A stretch of DNA of 64,000 nt from Octopus vulgaris (lineage: Eukaryota): NCBI GenBank assembly GCA_951406725.2, contig OX597836.1:33976001-34040000 (forward strand), read 5' to 3'. The position numbers were made by a program, and so were the translations under genes. This document shows positions 1 to 11,879 of this stretch, in pieces. The notes beneath the pieces are model-generated. The model was not told where the DNA came from and ran no database searches. It saw nothing but the letters and a program-made list of their open reading frames with translations. The stretch's first letter is position 1; every line of letters starts with the position of its first letter.

Positions 1-72
1 ATAACAATAACAATAACAATAACATCGAAAAATATCTTAGGAATGAGAACTCTGGTTCGAAATTTCCTGAAG

Positions 73-116
73 AAACCTGATGAAGGCTGGAGGGTATATC
101 AGCCGAAACGTTGTGT
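73..116 (+). ncRNA. Minimal type I hammerhead ribozyme motif (PLE pLTR-type)
   Basis: CTGATGA(77-83)-A-GGCTG/CAGCC stem II-GAAAC-GTT-GTGT; stem I only partly paired (AAAC/GTGT). Confidence 0.75.
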
Positions 117-610
117 AAACAACAAACAAGATGAGGACAAATATCCGTCAAATGTAAATAATGTAAATAATGTAGATAATTCCTCATCTCTAAAATATAG
201 AACTATATTATCTACAAAGACCACCTGGACAAATTTTTATCTGACATACTAGATTGAATCCAGATCGTGGCAAGAACAGCTCCAGCCAACTCGAAGCTTA
301 ACCAGAAACAGTTCAGAAAAGAAACCCAGATACATTGAAAGATGGTTCTTCAGCAAGTAAAAGACAAATAAGTGAGACAACGCCAATGCACGCAACTTCT
401 GTTTAATTTCAATTGATTTTTTTTATTAGAGTCGACGCGTATCGTCTGCTGTTCTCAGATTTTAAGCAACCCTTCTGAGGAATGCATTCGTTGCTTAATC
501 TCATTTAATCGAAGTTGTATTTTTCGACTGCTAATATAAAATATGCACGGCCCGAACATAATTTCATTTCGCTTACAAAGGCTTGGAGTGATAAAGTGAG
601 CGATGACAAA

Positions 611-650
611 TTACTGATGAGTCTTTAATAAAGGCCGAAACTAATCGGAT
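611..650 (+). ncRNA. Degenerate hammerhead motif
   Basis: CTGATGA(614-620), GTCTTT/AAAGGC stem, GAAAC(637-641); stems I and III decayed. Confidence 0.45.
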
Positions 651-751
651 CGATATTTACCTCAGGCTACTGTGGTTTCTGTAGCGAATTGTCTACAGGT
701 TATATTTTCACTGACAGACTAAATAGATGTTTACCAAACATGTCGTATATG

Positions 752-849
752 ACTTTCTTCTACACATTTACAGTATATTTATGTAGCTATATCACATATA
801 TATTATTACTGCATATACGCTATATACATTATATTACTATCTAACTATA

Positions 850-938
<89 letters not shown>

Positions 939-1046
939 GTGTGTGTGTGTATAGTTAGATAGTAATATAATGTATATAGCGTATATGCAGTAATATATAT
1001 ATGTGATATAGCTACATAAATATACTGTAAATGTGTAGAAGAAAGT
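752..1046. repeat. Fold-back inverted repeat with (CA)n(TA)n(TG)n centre
   Basis: 752-850 is near reverse complement of 949-1046; the central microsatellites are also mirror-complementary. Confidence 0.85.
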
Positions 1047-1104
1047 ATATATATATTTATATATATATATACGTACATACACTTATACATACGCTATTTC
1101 ACTT

Positions 1105-1156
<52 letters not shown>

Positions 1157-1209
1157 CACTTTCTATGTATATATATATATGATGTAGCATATAACAATAA
1201 CTATAGTTA

Positions 1210-1270
<61 letters not shown>

Positions 1271-1521
1271 ATGTATGTGTGTGTGTTTGTGTGTGTGTAT
1301 GTGTGTGTGTGTTATTGAGCTTTACAACTGTATAGACATCCATAAAACTTATGGAAAGTAATAAAGCAAAGCGAAGTAATAGATACCGAGTAATAAAAGT
1401 TAATAAAGCAGAAATATTATACGGAAGGAGAGAGGGGTAGAAAAAAATGAGAAAAAGTGGAAGGAGGAGGAAGAGAGAAGAAAGGTTTAGGCTGCGGTTT
1501 TGAAGTATTTGCACCTTTACT

Positions 1522-1556
<35 letters not shown>

Positions 1557-1563
1557 CATACAT

Positions 1564-1656
<93 letters not shown>

Positions 1657-1661
1657 TGTGT

Positions 1662-1950
1662 GGAGGAGCAATGGCACAGTGGTTAGGGTAGCGGACTCGC
1701 GGTCGGAGGATCGCTGTTTCGAAAACACCTAAAGCTCCACGAGGCTCCGGCAGGAGGGGGGATGTGGTGACCCCTGTTGTAATCTTTCGCCCCAACTTTC
1801 TCTCACACTCTCTCTTCCTGTTTCTTGAGTAACGCTGCGATGGACTGGCGTCCTGTCCAGCTGGGGGGAACACATATGCCACAGAAACCGGGAAACCGGG
1901 CCCGTGAGCCTGGCTAGGCTTGAAAAAGGCGCATAAATAAATAAATAAAT
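1662..1950 (+). mobile_element. tRNA-derived SINE, family C
   Basis: A-box-like TGGCACAGTGGTTAG head, body shared with 58456-58826 and 48110-48215, (TAAA)n tail. Confidence 0.75.
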
Positions 1951-2076
1951 AATATATATATATACATATATATATATATATTTATATATATGCACACTTG
2001 CATGCGAGTATATATATACATACATACATACATATATATATATATACACACACACATATATATATATACATGTATA

Positions 2077-2145
<69 letters not shown>

Positions 2146-2149
<4 letters not shown>

Positions 2150-2844
2150 AAAGGTTTGAAAATGCAATTTAAACGATGTTTATTTACTTAACCGGTTTCA
2201 CTCTTTGGTAAAAGATTGTCAAAAGTAACATTGAATATTATGGGTTCAAAAAAAGTTTTTTACATAATTGTCACATTGAATATTATGAATTCAAAAATGT
2301 TTTTTTATACATAATTGTCACATTACATGTATAAATATAGTATAAAAAAGTTCAATAGTGTGATGAGAATATTTGGAAAAATTGGCAGAAAAGAATAAAA
2401 CAAATATATTATTGGAAATTTGGTTGCGTTAATTATTGGTTGTCGCAAATTGTCACATTACATGTATATATATACAGTCTTTGGTAGAAATGACATGTTA
2501 AAGACATAAGGAAGTGTAATAGTTTGGTGAGAAAGCTTGTAATATTGACAGAGAAAATTAAAATGGATATTTTAGACATCTCAGAATATTTTGAATCGAA
2601 GGCGAGAATTTGTTTTTTACTGACCTGTTTGTTTTAGCAGAAAAGTTGAATTGAGAGAAAAAAGATATGTACCCAATTTGGTTTATACTTCCCCTTCAAG
2701 CATCAGTGATTTTGGGGTTATTGGTGTGTGTGTGTGTGCACGTGTGTATATATGTGTGTGTGTGTGCACTGTGTGCGTGTGTGTGTGTATGTGTGTGTGT
2801 GTGAGCATTGTGTACGAGTGTATGTATTTACATGTGTATTTGTT

Positions 2845-2876
<32 letters not shown>

Positions 2877-3671
2877 CTGTGTGTGTATATGCATGGTATG
2901 TGTGTATATGTGAGTACATTGTTTGTGTGTGTGTGCGGTATGTAGAGATATATTTGAGTGTGTACACTATAGGTTTGTATTTTGTGTGTGTGGGTGTGTG
3001 TGTGAATTTTATATATATATGTGTGTGTATGTGTGTGAAAAAATATATGTATGTGCATGTATGTATGTATGTATATGTGTATATATATATATATATGTGT
3101 ATATATATATATGTGTGTGTGTATGTGTGTGTGTGTATATATATTTTCATGTATATGGGTGTATAAACATGTGCATTATTTGCATGCGCATTGTGTATAT
3201 GTATATTGTATGTATGTGTATTGTATATGTATGTGTACAATTAAGTGTATATATGTGTGTATGTGTGCATTGTATATATGTATATTGTAAGTGTGCTATA
3301 TATACATGAATACATGTATATACGTTGCGTGTATATATATGTATGCATTGTGTATGTATGTTATGTGTGTGTGTGTCTATATATTTTATATGTATGCGTA
3401 CGTGTATGTGTATGCATTGTATGTATGTATATTGTGTGTATATGTGGTATATCTATGTATGTGTATGTAAACACTATTTATATGTATATATGTATATATG
3501 TATATGCATTGTCTATATATATATATATTATATGTATGTATTGCGTATGTATATTGCATGCATATATTGTGTATGTGTATTATATACATGCTGTGTATGT
3601 GTATTGTATGTGTATATATATGCTAGGTGTATTTGTGTGATATTTATATTATGTATATATGTGTGCGTGTG

Positions 3672-3708
<37 letters not shown>

Positions 3709-4598
3709 GTGTGTGTATGTGTTATATATGTGTGTATATTATATATAAATACATGTTATATTTGTGTGCTGTGTGTATATATTATATATGTGGGTGCGTT
3801 GTGTGTGTGTGTGTTCTGTGTGTGTGTGTGTTGTGTGTATGTGGTGTGTGTGTGTATACTATGTGTGTGTGTGTATTGTTGTTGTGTGTGTGTGTGTATA
3901 TATGTGTGTGACAAACAGACGCTGTCTGACCAGCAGGCACACGGACACATCTATTCACACCCGCATACTCACCTCCCAATAACCCCAAAATCACTGATGC
4001 TTGAAGGGGAAGTATAAACCAAATTGGGTACATATCTTTTTTTCTCTCAATTCAACTTTTCTGCTAAAACAAACAGGTCAGTAAAAAACAAATTCTCGCC
4101 TTCGATTCAAAATATTCTGAGATGTCTAAAATATCCATTTTAATTTTCTCTGTCAATATTACAAGCTTTCTCACCAAACTATTACACTTCCTTATGTCTT
4201 TAACATGTCATTTCTACCAAAGACTGTATATATATACATGTAATGTGACAATTTGCGACAACCAATAATTAACGCAACCAAATTTCCAATAATATATTTG
4301 TTTTATTCTTTTCTGCCAATTTTTCCAAATATTCTCATCACACTATTGAACTTTTTTATACTATATTTATACATGTAATGTGACAATTATGTATAAAAAA
4401 ACATTTTTGAATTCATAATATTCAATGTGACAATTATGTAAAAAACTTTTTTTGAACCCATAATATTCAATGTTACTTTTGACAATCTTTTACCAAAGAG
4501 TGAAACCGGTTAAGTAAATAAACATCGTTTAAATTGCATTTTCAAACCTTTTTTCATATATAATCCCACTCGTGCGATACCCCACAACTCAACTTTTT

Positions 4599-4599
<1 letters not shown>
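2146..4599 (+). mobile_element. Penelope-like element, non-coding 5'-truncated copy with inverted pseudo-LTR
   Basis: Arms 2146-2724 and 3976-4555 are reverse complements (~580 bp); tail 4562-4599 only on the 3' arm; interior homologous to the 3' UTR of the ORF-bearing copy; (TA)n on both flanks. Confidence 0.9.
4473..4517 (+). ncRNA. Hammerhead motif, U3-A8 variant (mirror copy 2184-2228 minus)
   Basis: TTACTT-TTGACAA-TCTTT TACC AAAGA GT-GAAAC CG GTT-AAGTAA: 6-bp stem I, palindromic stem III AACCGGTT. Confidence 0.7.
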
Positions 4600-4632
<33 letters not shown>

Positions 4633-4633
4633 C

Positions 4634-4711
<78 letters not shown>

Positions 4712-4713
<2 letters not shown>

Positions 4714-5130
4714 GAACTGAATTGAACTGGTTTCAGTTCACGTGCCGTGGCACCACCATTCGGTGTTACTACATAATTTTTAATTCCCTAATTCTTTTTA
4801 GAAGTTGACATTTGGTGCATGAGGGAGTTTAGCGCCGCTGCATTCATTTGCACTTCCTGCTGGTTCATCTGGGACTCTTGACAGTAAACGATCTAGTTTT
4901 GTTTTGAAAACATCTATATCTACCTCATGTAGGTCTCCCAGGTTCTTTGCGAGGATATTGAAGAGCTGTGGGCCTTTAAAGCCCTGGCTAATGCAATATC
5001 TTCTATATTTTGATGGCAAAGCTAGAGTCTTTGGCACTATGCAGTGGCGTCCTGTTCTAGCGATAGTGTATCCCTCAATGCCAAAGTTTTGAACAAGTCC
5101 CTCCAGAATCTTCCAAATGTGTCTGACGGC
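4712..5130 (-). mobile_element. CR1/L2-like LINE 3' fragment
   Basis: Minus-strand translation GPQLFNIL...FKTKLDRLLSRVPDEP resembles the CR1/L2-group ORF2 C-terminus; frameshifted. Confidence 0.65.
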
Positions 5131-5263
5131 ATATCTTTCCCGCCCACGTTCCAGGGAATAGAGTCTTCATCTCTTGGGCCTTTCCTGTAGCTTATATACT
5201 GCAGAGAGGCTATATATGCATATGTATGCCTACTGACACCAGCACAGTCATACATACTCAAAA

Positions 5264-5323
<60 letters not shown>

Positions 5324-5329
5324 CCGGTA

Positions 5330-5483
5330 GGCTTTCAGTTTCCGTCTACCAAATCCACTCTCAGGGCTTTGGTCGGACCGAAGCTATAGAAGAAGACACT
5401 CGCCCAAGGTGCGACGCAGTGGGATTGACCCTGGAACCATGTGGTTGGTAAGGAAGCTCCTTACCACACAGCCACACCTGGCG
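5330..5483 (-). mobile_element. tRNA-derived SINE, family A, 5' part
   Basis: Reverse complement of the GGCGCAGGAGTGGCTGTGTGGTAAG...GGAAACTGAAAG head seen in many copies. Confidence 0.8.
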
Positions 5484-5489
5484 TGTAAT

Positions 5490-5800
5490 GATGTTCTTTT
5501 GTAGACAGTTCTAAAGAAGCACATCGTGTGGACTTCTTTGGAGTGTTCACAATTTATCATAGCCACTAACATCTCATTTTTTTTTCAGTCACAGGAGTCT
5601 TACGGCGTCCAGATTTTGGTGCATTACTCCCTGAACATGCTGTATCAAACTTATTTCTCATCCGATAAATTGTCTGGCGTGAAGGTGGAGGAGTGTGAAA
5701 GGCCTCTTGCCATATTGTGCGCACCTGCTCGGCATTTTCAGACTTCTAATACTGCTTTAGTATCCATTTTCTTTGCTCTTGATTTAAATTGTTGCCCTGG
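5490..5800 (-). pseudogene. Tc1/mariner-group transposase N-terminal HTH relic (DUF4817-like)
   Basis: Manual translation EQRKWILKQY*KSENAEQVRTIWQEAFHTPPPSRQTIYRMRNKFDTACSGSNAPKSGRRKT, with an in-frame stop. Confidence 0.65.
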
Positions 5801-6865
5801 CTCACACTTTACGGTACCTGGAAAAAAAATGAAAAATGCAAACTAAAAAGGGAGCTCGACAAAATTTAACTAAATTAGCAGAAGTGGATGTGTGGTAAGT
5901 AGCTTGCTTACCTCATTGTGCATGAGCGAGCCAGAGTTGTGTTTGACACTGGAGCTGTAAGACGTATTTTTGAAGCCGTCTTAAATTGAAGATTTTTGAA
6001 CCTCAGCCGTAAAGTAAGATTTTTTGGGGTCTAGTGTGGACCTGTTGCCTGTCGCAATAATTTTTTTTCACAAACAAGAAGTCCTCACTGGATTCTAGTC
6101 TACCTGAGGCTGAGTGAAAATTTCTATGAAGATATAATATGGCTTTAAAAAACATAATAAACTCTCGAATATCCTTAACTCAGTTATAGTCCAATATTTA
6201 ATTACCAAATTATTTAACAAAATAATCACTATTCATATTTTTAGATTTAAGTTCACATCTAATAATTATAAGATATTTAAAAGTAAGTATCAAAATTATA
6301 GTTAACAAATATAGTAATTAAAATTTAAAATTTACTAATATAAAGACATATAATGAAAAATAAATAAATTAATTAGTCCATTATTACTTACATAAATATT
6401 ATAATTATCAATATAATATATTTATGAAATGCAATTAAAGATTAAAGATTAAAAATCAAATTAAAAATGTATAACCTATCTTAAAAGAACCGTATAACTA
6501 TTTTACGATCTATATACCTCATTGGCTAAGTAATATCTCACAAATAACGTACAATTATAATCTAATAATTAAATACATATCATCAACAACTAAATAATTA
6601 TAGAATCAAATTAACAATCAGTAGTTATATATTATACAATACACTACAATAAAACTTCTTAAAATATCTTAAATAGAAAAGGTTTACTTAGCTTTCAAAA
6701 ACCGTGTCATTAACTAAAATTTTAAAACGGAAAACGTCTTTTAAGCGTTTATAAGAACACTCGTGGAATTACGTTATTAACAGAAATAGAATAAACAGAT
6801 GGAAAAATTCTTTTAACAACGAAAACTACGAATATATTTTATCAATGAAAATTACAAATACATAT

Positions 6866-6988
6866 TATCAATGAAAAATACGGCTATATTTTAGCTTTAG
6901 ACTATAATTTTAGTTCGAATTTATTTCAATTGAATTTAAACTTAATTGTAATTCTAATTTAATTATAGCCATGAAACGTACGTAGTGT
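6866..6988 (+). ncRNA. Decayed hammerhead motif with long stem II
   Basis: GGCTATA/TATAGCC stem followed by GAAAC-GTAC-GTA (palindromic stem III); CUGANGA core mutated. Confidence 0.35.
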
Positions 6989-7066
6989 TTTTACTTATAT
7001 TATATTTATCATTCTTTTTATACTTTTTGGAAAAAAAAATATATATACATATGTATATATAAGATA

Positions 7067-7103
<37 letters not shown>

Positions 7104-7267
7104 TAATTATATTTATATTATTTGTTATTTATGTTTTGGTTTATGTCTATCACTGTTTGAGTTGCATAATAGTGGTTTTATCTCTAATTCATATTTTATA
7201 TATTTATACTGTGAAATTTGATACTAAATCGAATTTTTCCCTGTAAGTTTGGAGCCGTGCTCCTTAA

Positions 7268-7330
<63 letters not shown>

Positions 7331-7340
7331 CATTATTATA

Positions 7341-7403
<63 letters not shown>

Positions 7404-7478
7404 TTGAGTTGTGGGGTATCGCACGAGTGGGATTATATAAGAAAAAAGGTTTGAAAATGCAATTTAAACGATGTTTAT

Positions 7479-7523
7479 TTACTTAACCGGTTTCACTCTT
7501 TGGTAAAAGATTGTCAAAAGTTA
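7479..7523 (-). ncRNA. Hammerhead motif, U3-A8 variant (mirror copy 11401-11445 plus)
   Basis: Same core as 4473-4517; stem I ACTT/AAGT. Confidence 0.65.
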
Positions 7524-9156
7524 CATTTAAGGAAACATTGAATAATATGGGTTCAAAAAAAGTTTTTTACATAATTGTCACATTGAATATTATGCATTCA
7601 AAAAAGTTTTTTACATAATTGTCACATTGGATATTATGGGTTCAAAAAAAGTTTTTTACATAATTGTCACATTGAATATTATGCATTCAAAAAAGTTTTT
7701 TACATAATTGTCACATTGGATATTATGAATTCAAAAATGTTTTTTTATACATAATTGTCACATTATTTGGGAAAATTTGGCAGAAAAGGATAAAACAAAT
7801 ATATTATTGGGAATTGGTTGCGTTAATTATTGGTTGTCGCAAATTGTCACATTACATGTATATATATACAATCTTTGGTATATATATACAGCGTTTTGAC
7901 AGCAAAAATTAAAATGGATTTTTTGTCCATCTCAGAATATTTTAAGTATGTTTTTACTGACCTGTCAGTATTAGCAGAAAGGCTGAACTGAGAGAACAGA
8001 AGTAGCCAATGTGGTGTATACTTCCCCTTTATGCATGAATGATTTTGGGGTTATCAGGAGGTTAGTATGCGGGTGTGAATAGATGTGTCCGTGCCTGCTG
8101 GTCAGACAGCGTCTGTTTGTCACACACATATATATACACACAAACACACACACACACAACAACACACACACACACACACATAGTATACAAACACAAACCA
8201 CATATAAACAACACACACACACACAGAACACACACACCCACACACAACGCACCCACATATATCACATATACACACAGCACACAAATATAACATGTATCTA
8301 TATATAACATACACAGATATATAACACACATACACACACACACACACAACACACGCACACATACATACATAATATAAATATCACACAAATACACCTAGCA
8401 TATATATATACACACATACAATACACACATACAGCATGTAAGTAATATACATACACAATATATGCATGCAATATACATACGCAATACATACATATAATAT
8501 ATATATATATAGACAATGCATATACATATATACACATATACATATAAATAGTGTTTACATACACATACATAGATGTACCACATATACACACAACACACAT
8601 ACATACAATGCATACACATACACGTACGCATACATATAATATATATATACACACACACACACATAACATACATACACACACAATGCATACATATATATAC
8701 ACGCAATGCATATACATGTATTCATGCACATATAGCACACCTACAATATACATATATACAGTGCACACATACACACAAATATATACACTTAATTGTACAC
8801 GTACATATACAATACACATACATACAATATACATATATACAATGCGCATGCAAATAATGTACATGTTTATACACACATAAACATGCAAATAAATATATAC
8901 ACACACACATACACACACACACATATATATACACATATATATATATATATATACACACATACATACATACATACATGCACATACATATATTTTTTCACAC
9001 ACATACACACGCACATATATATATAAAAATTCACCACCCCCCACACACACAAATTACAAACCTATAGCGTACACACTCAAATATATCTCTACATGCCGCA
9101 CATACACACAAACAAAGTACTAACATATACACACATACCATGCATATACACACACA

Positions 9157-9201
<45 letters not shown>

Positions 9202-9570
9202 GATACATATGTAAATACATACACACGTATACAATGCTCACACACACACACACACACACACATACACACACACCCGCACACAGTGCACACACACACACAC
9301 ATATATACACACGTGCACACACACAAACACATACAACGCGCGCACACACACATATACACACACACGCACACAGTGCACACACACACACACACACACATAC
9401 ATCACCTACATATATATAATGCATGCGTGTGCATGCCACGTATGTGTGCGGTCAATGCCCGCTAGTGTGTCCTATGCGTGCCGATGCGCGCATGTGCCCG
9501 CCCGCACGATATGCTGTGAGCGTGCGCGCGTCCCTGTGTGCTTGCTCTGGATGTGCTTCCAGGGGGTATG

Positions 9571-10869
9571 TTAGAGTATGTTTAGTTGTGGTCTGTATTT
9601 TTGAATAAGATTACTTTCCTTATTTATTCGTGTTTGGTCTGTGGTGTTGTCCGAGCATTGGTATAGTGGGAAGACTAAGAATTTGGGGGACTTATTGTGT
9701 GCACAAAGGTCTAAGTGTCCACTTAGTGGTATCTGTCTTGTGGAGGGGTCCCTCAGTTGTTGTCGGTGAACTGTCATTCTGTCTCTGAGGGTAAGGCTCG
9801 TTTGCCCTATGTAGTCTTCGTGGCATCCTTCACACCTTATGACGTAGAGTAAATTTTTTGATGCGCACGTGAAGTTATTTTTTATGATGAATGTGTGTCC
9901 CGAGTGGAACTTGTACGACGATCCCTCAATGAGGTGGATGCAGGTCTTACAGTTGGGGCGACCACATTTTTTGATGGTGGGCGGTGGGTTTGTGTTGTGT
10001 AATTTTGCGTTGGTGAGGAGGTTTTTTAGGGATTTAGGTTGTCTCTTACTTTTTATTATTTTATGAGCTGCCAGTATTTTTTTCAGGCGTGGGTCTTGAT
10101 TTAGTTGTGGAATGTTGTTGTATATAATAGTGTAAGCTTCTGCATTCCTTGGGTTGTGTGTTGAGAGATAAGGGAGGCTATTGACTGTACTGTGGATGTG
10201 TTTGGGTTTTCGAAGGTCTTGAATGTTGATTGATTTGGCCCGTTCTATTCCGTTGTCTACTAGTGATGCCGGGTAATGTCTTTCGAGAAGAATTGCCCTT
10301 AGTTCCCGGAGTCTTCTATTTCGTGTTGTGTCATTTGAGACAATAGTGCAGATTCTTCTCGCTAGGTTGAAGGGGATATTTGTCTTTGTGTGTTTTGGGT
10401 GATTGGAGGTGAATAGAAGGTATTGTTTGGAGTCAGTGGGTTTGTAATGGATGTCAGTTTCAATGTTGACGCCTTTTTTAATGATTAGGATGTCAAGAAA
10501 AGGGAGTTGGTCCTGACTATATTCCATTGTGAATTGAATGTTGTTATTTACACTGTTGATAAGGTTTTTGAAGTCTATAAGTTGGTCGAGTGTGTGGGAC
10601 CATAGGATGAGGCAATCATCTAAGTAGCGTTTCCAGTTCTCCAACAGGTATTTGTGGAAAGACTGGCCGTACTTATATTTGGATTTTTCATAGATATGTG
10701 ATTCCAGGTAGGCCATCACCAGGTTTGCATAGGTAGGTGCAACTTTCGTACCCATTGCAGTCCCTGAGACCTGTCTGTAAGTGTTGTTGTGGAAATACAT
10801 GAAGTTGTTTTGCAGAATAAATTTGAGGCCCTCAATTATGAATTCTTTTTTAATTCTTTCCGGGATCTG
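9571..10869 (-). CDS. PLE reverse transcriptase (C-terminal half) + Cys-rich linker + GIY-YIG endonuclease, N-terminally truncated
   Basis: GTAMG, RYLDD and LPFLD RT motifs; CGRPNCKTC linker; LLYVIRC...YIGQT...R...H GIY-YIG; frame stays open upstream of the ATG at 10800 to the inversion junction. Confidence 0.95.
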   Translation of the reverse strand, partial: QIPERIKKEFIIEGLKFILQNNFMYFHNNTYRQVSGTAMGTKVAPTYANLVMAYLESHIYEKSKYKYGQSFHKYLLENWKRYLDDCLILWSHTLDQLIDFKNLINSVNNNIQFTMEYSQDQLPFLDILIIKKGVNIETDIHYKPTDSKQYLLFTSNHPKHTKTNIPFNLARRICTIVSNDTTRNRRLRELRAILLERHYPASLVDNGIERAKSINIQDLRKPKHIHSTVNSLPYLSTHNPRNAEAYTIIYNNIPQLNQDPRLKKILAAHKIIKSKRQPKSLKNLLTNAKLHNTNPPPTIKKCGRPNCKTCIHLIEGSSYKFHSGHTFIIKNNFTCASKNLLYVIRCEGCHEDYIGQTSLTLRDRMTVHRQQLRDPSTRQIPLSGHLDLCAHNKSPKFLVFPLYQCSDNTTDQTRINKESNLIQKYRPQLNIL

Positions 10870-11159
10870 ATAACCCCAAAATCATTCATGCATAAAGGGG
10901 AAGTATACACCACATTGGCTACTTCTGTTCTCTCAGTTCAGCCTTTCTGCTAATACTGACAGGTCAGTAAAAACATACTTAAAATATTCTGAGATGGACA
11001 AAAAATCCATTTTAATTTTTGCTGTCAAAACGCTGTATATATATACCAAAGATTGTATATATATACATGTAATGTGACAATTTGCGACAACCAATAATTA
11101 ACGCAACCAATTCCCAATAATATATTTGTTTTATCCTTTTCTGCCAAATTTTCCCAAAT

Positions 11160-11385
11160 AATGTGACAATTATGTATAAAAAAACATTTTTGAATTCATA
11201 ATATCCAATGTGACAATTATGTAAAAAACTTTTTTGAATGCATAATATTCAATGTGACAATTATGTAAAAAACTTTTTTTGAACCCATAATATCCAATGT
11301 GACAATTATGTAAAAAACTTTTTTGAATGCATAATATTCAATGTGACAATTATGTAAAAAACTTTTTTTGAACCCATATTATTCA
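11160..11385 (+). repeat. Five tandem ~45-bp units inside the pLTR
   Basis: AATGTGACAATTATGTAAAAAACTTTTTTGAA..CATAATAT.C x5; mirrored at ~7540-7765; only two units in the 2146-4599 copy. Confidence 0.9.
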
Positions 11386-11524
11386 ATGTTTCCTTAAATG
11401 TAACTTTTGACAATCTTTTACCAAAGAGTGAAACCGGTTAAGTAAATAAACATCGTTTAAATTGCATTTTCAAACCTTTTTTCTTATATATATATATATA
11501 TATATATATATGCTGTATGTATAA

Positions 11525-11684
11525 GCGCAGGCGTGGCTGTATGGCAAGAAGCTTGCTTCCCAACCATATGTTTCCGGGTTCAGTCCCACTGCGTGACATC
11601 TTGGGGACGTGTCTTCTGCTATAACCTCGGGCCGACTAAAGCCTTGTGAGTAGATTTGGTAGACGGAGATTGAAAGAAGCCTGT

Positions 11685-11730
<46 letters not shown>

Positions 11731-11845
11731 CGTGATCACCGTGATCGACCAGGCTATCAGATGTTGCTACACATCGATGGTCACAATGCGTTTCGCATTG
11801 TTTTAGCCTTCAAATGACGCCACCCCGCTGGCTAAGCGAGCAGGC

Positions 11846-11879
<34 letters not shown>

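Larger units (their letters stand above)
7397..11490 (-). mobile_element. Penelope-like retroelement (Neptune-like), 5'-truncated, with inverted pLTR
   Basis: RT+GIY-YIG ORF; arms ~7434-8057 and 10867-11490 are reverse complements; ~37-nt tail 7397-7433 on one side only; (TA)n flanks. Confidence 0.95.

Noticed and set aside
430-470. Possible minus-strand hammerhead (GATACGCGTC)
   Set aside because: Both conserved boxes carry multiple mutations; too decayed to call.
2146-4555. DNA transposon or MITE with 580-bp TIRs
   Set aside because: The asymmetric tail, the HHR and homology to the 3' end of the RT/GIY-YIG element indicate PLE inverted pLTRs.
6130-7000. Very AT-rich stretch as a possible mitochondrial insertion
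   Set aside because: No recognisable mitochondrial ORF, rRNA or tRNA by eye; it ends in a decayed HHR, which fits an old PLE 3' UTR better. BLAST would settle it.
11160-11385. CRISPR-like appearance of the 45-bp repeats
   Set aside because: No unique spacers, no cas genes, eukaryotic retroelement context.
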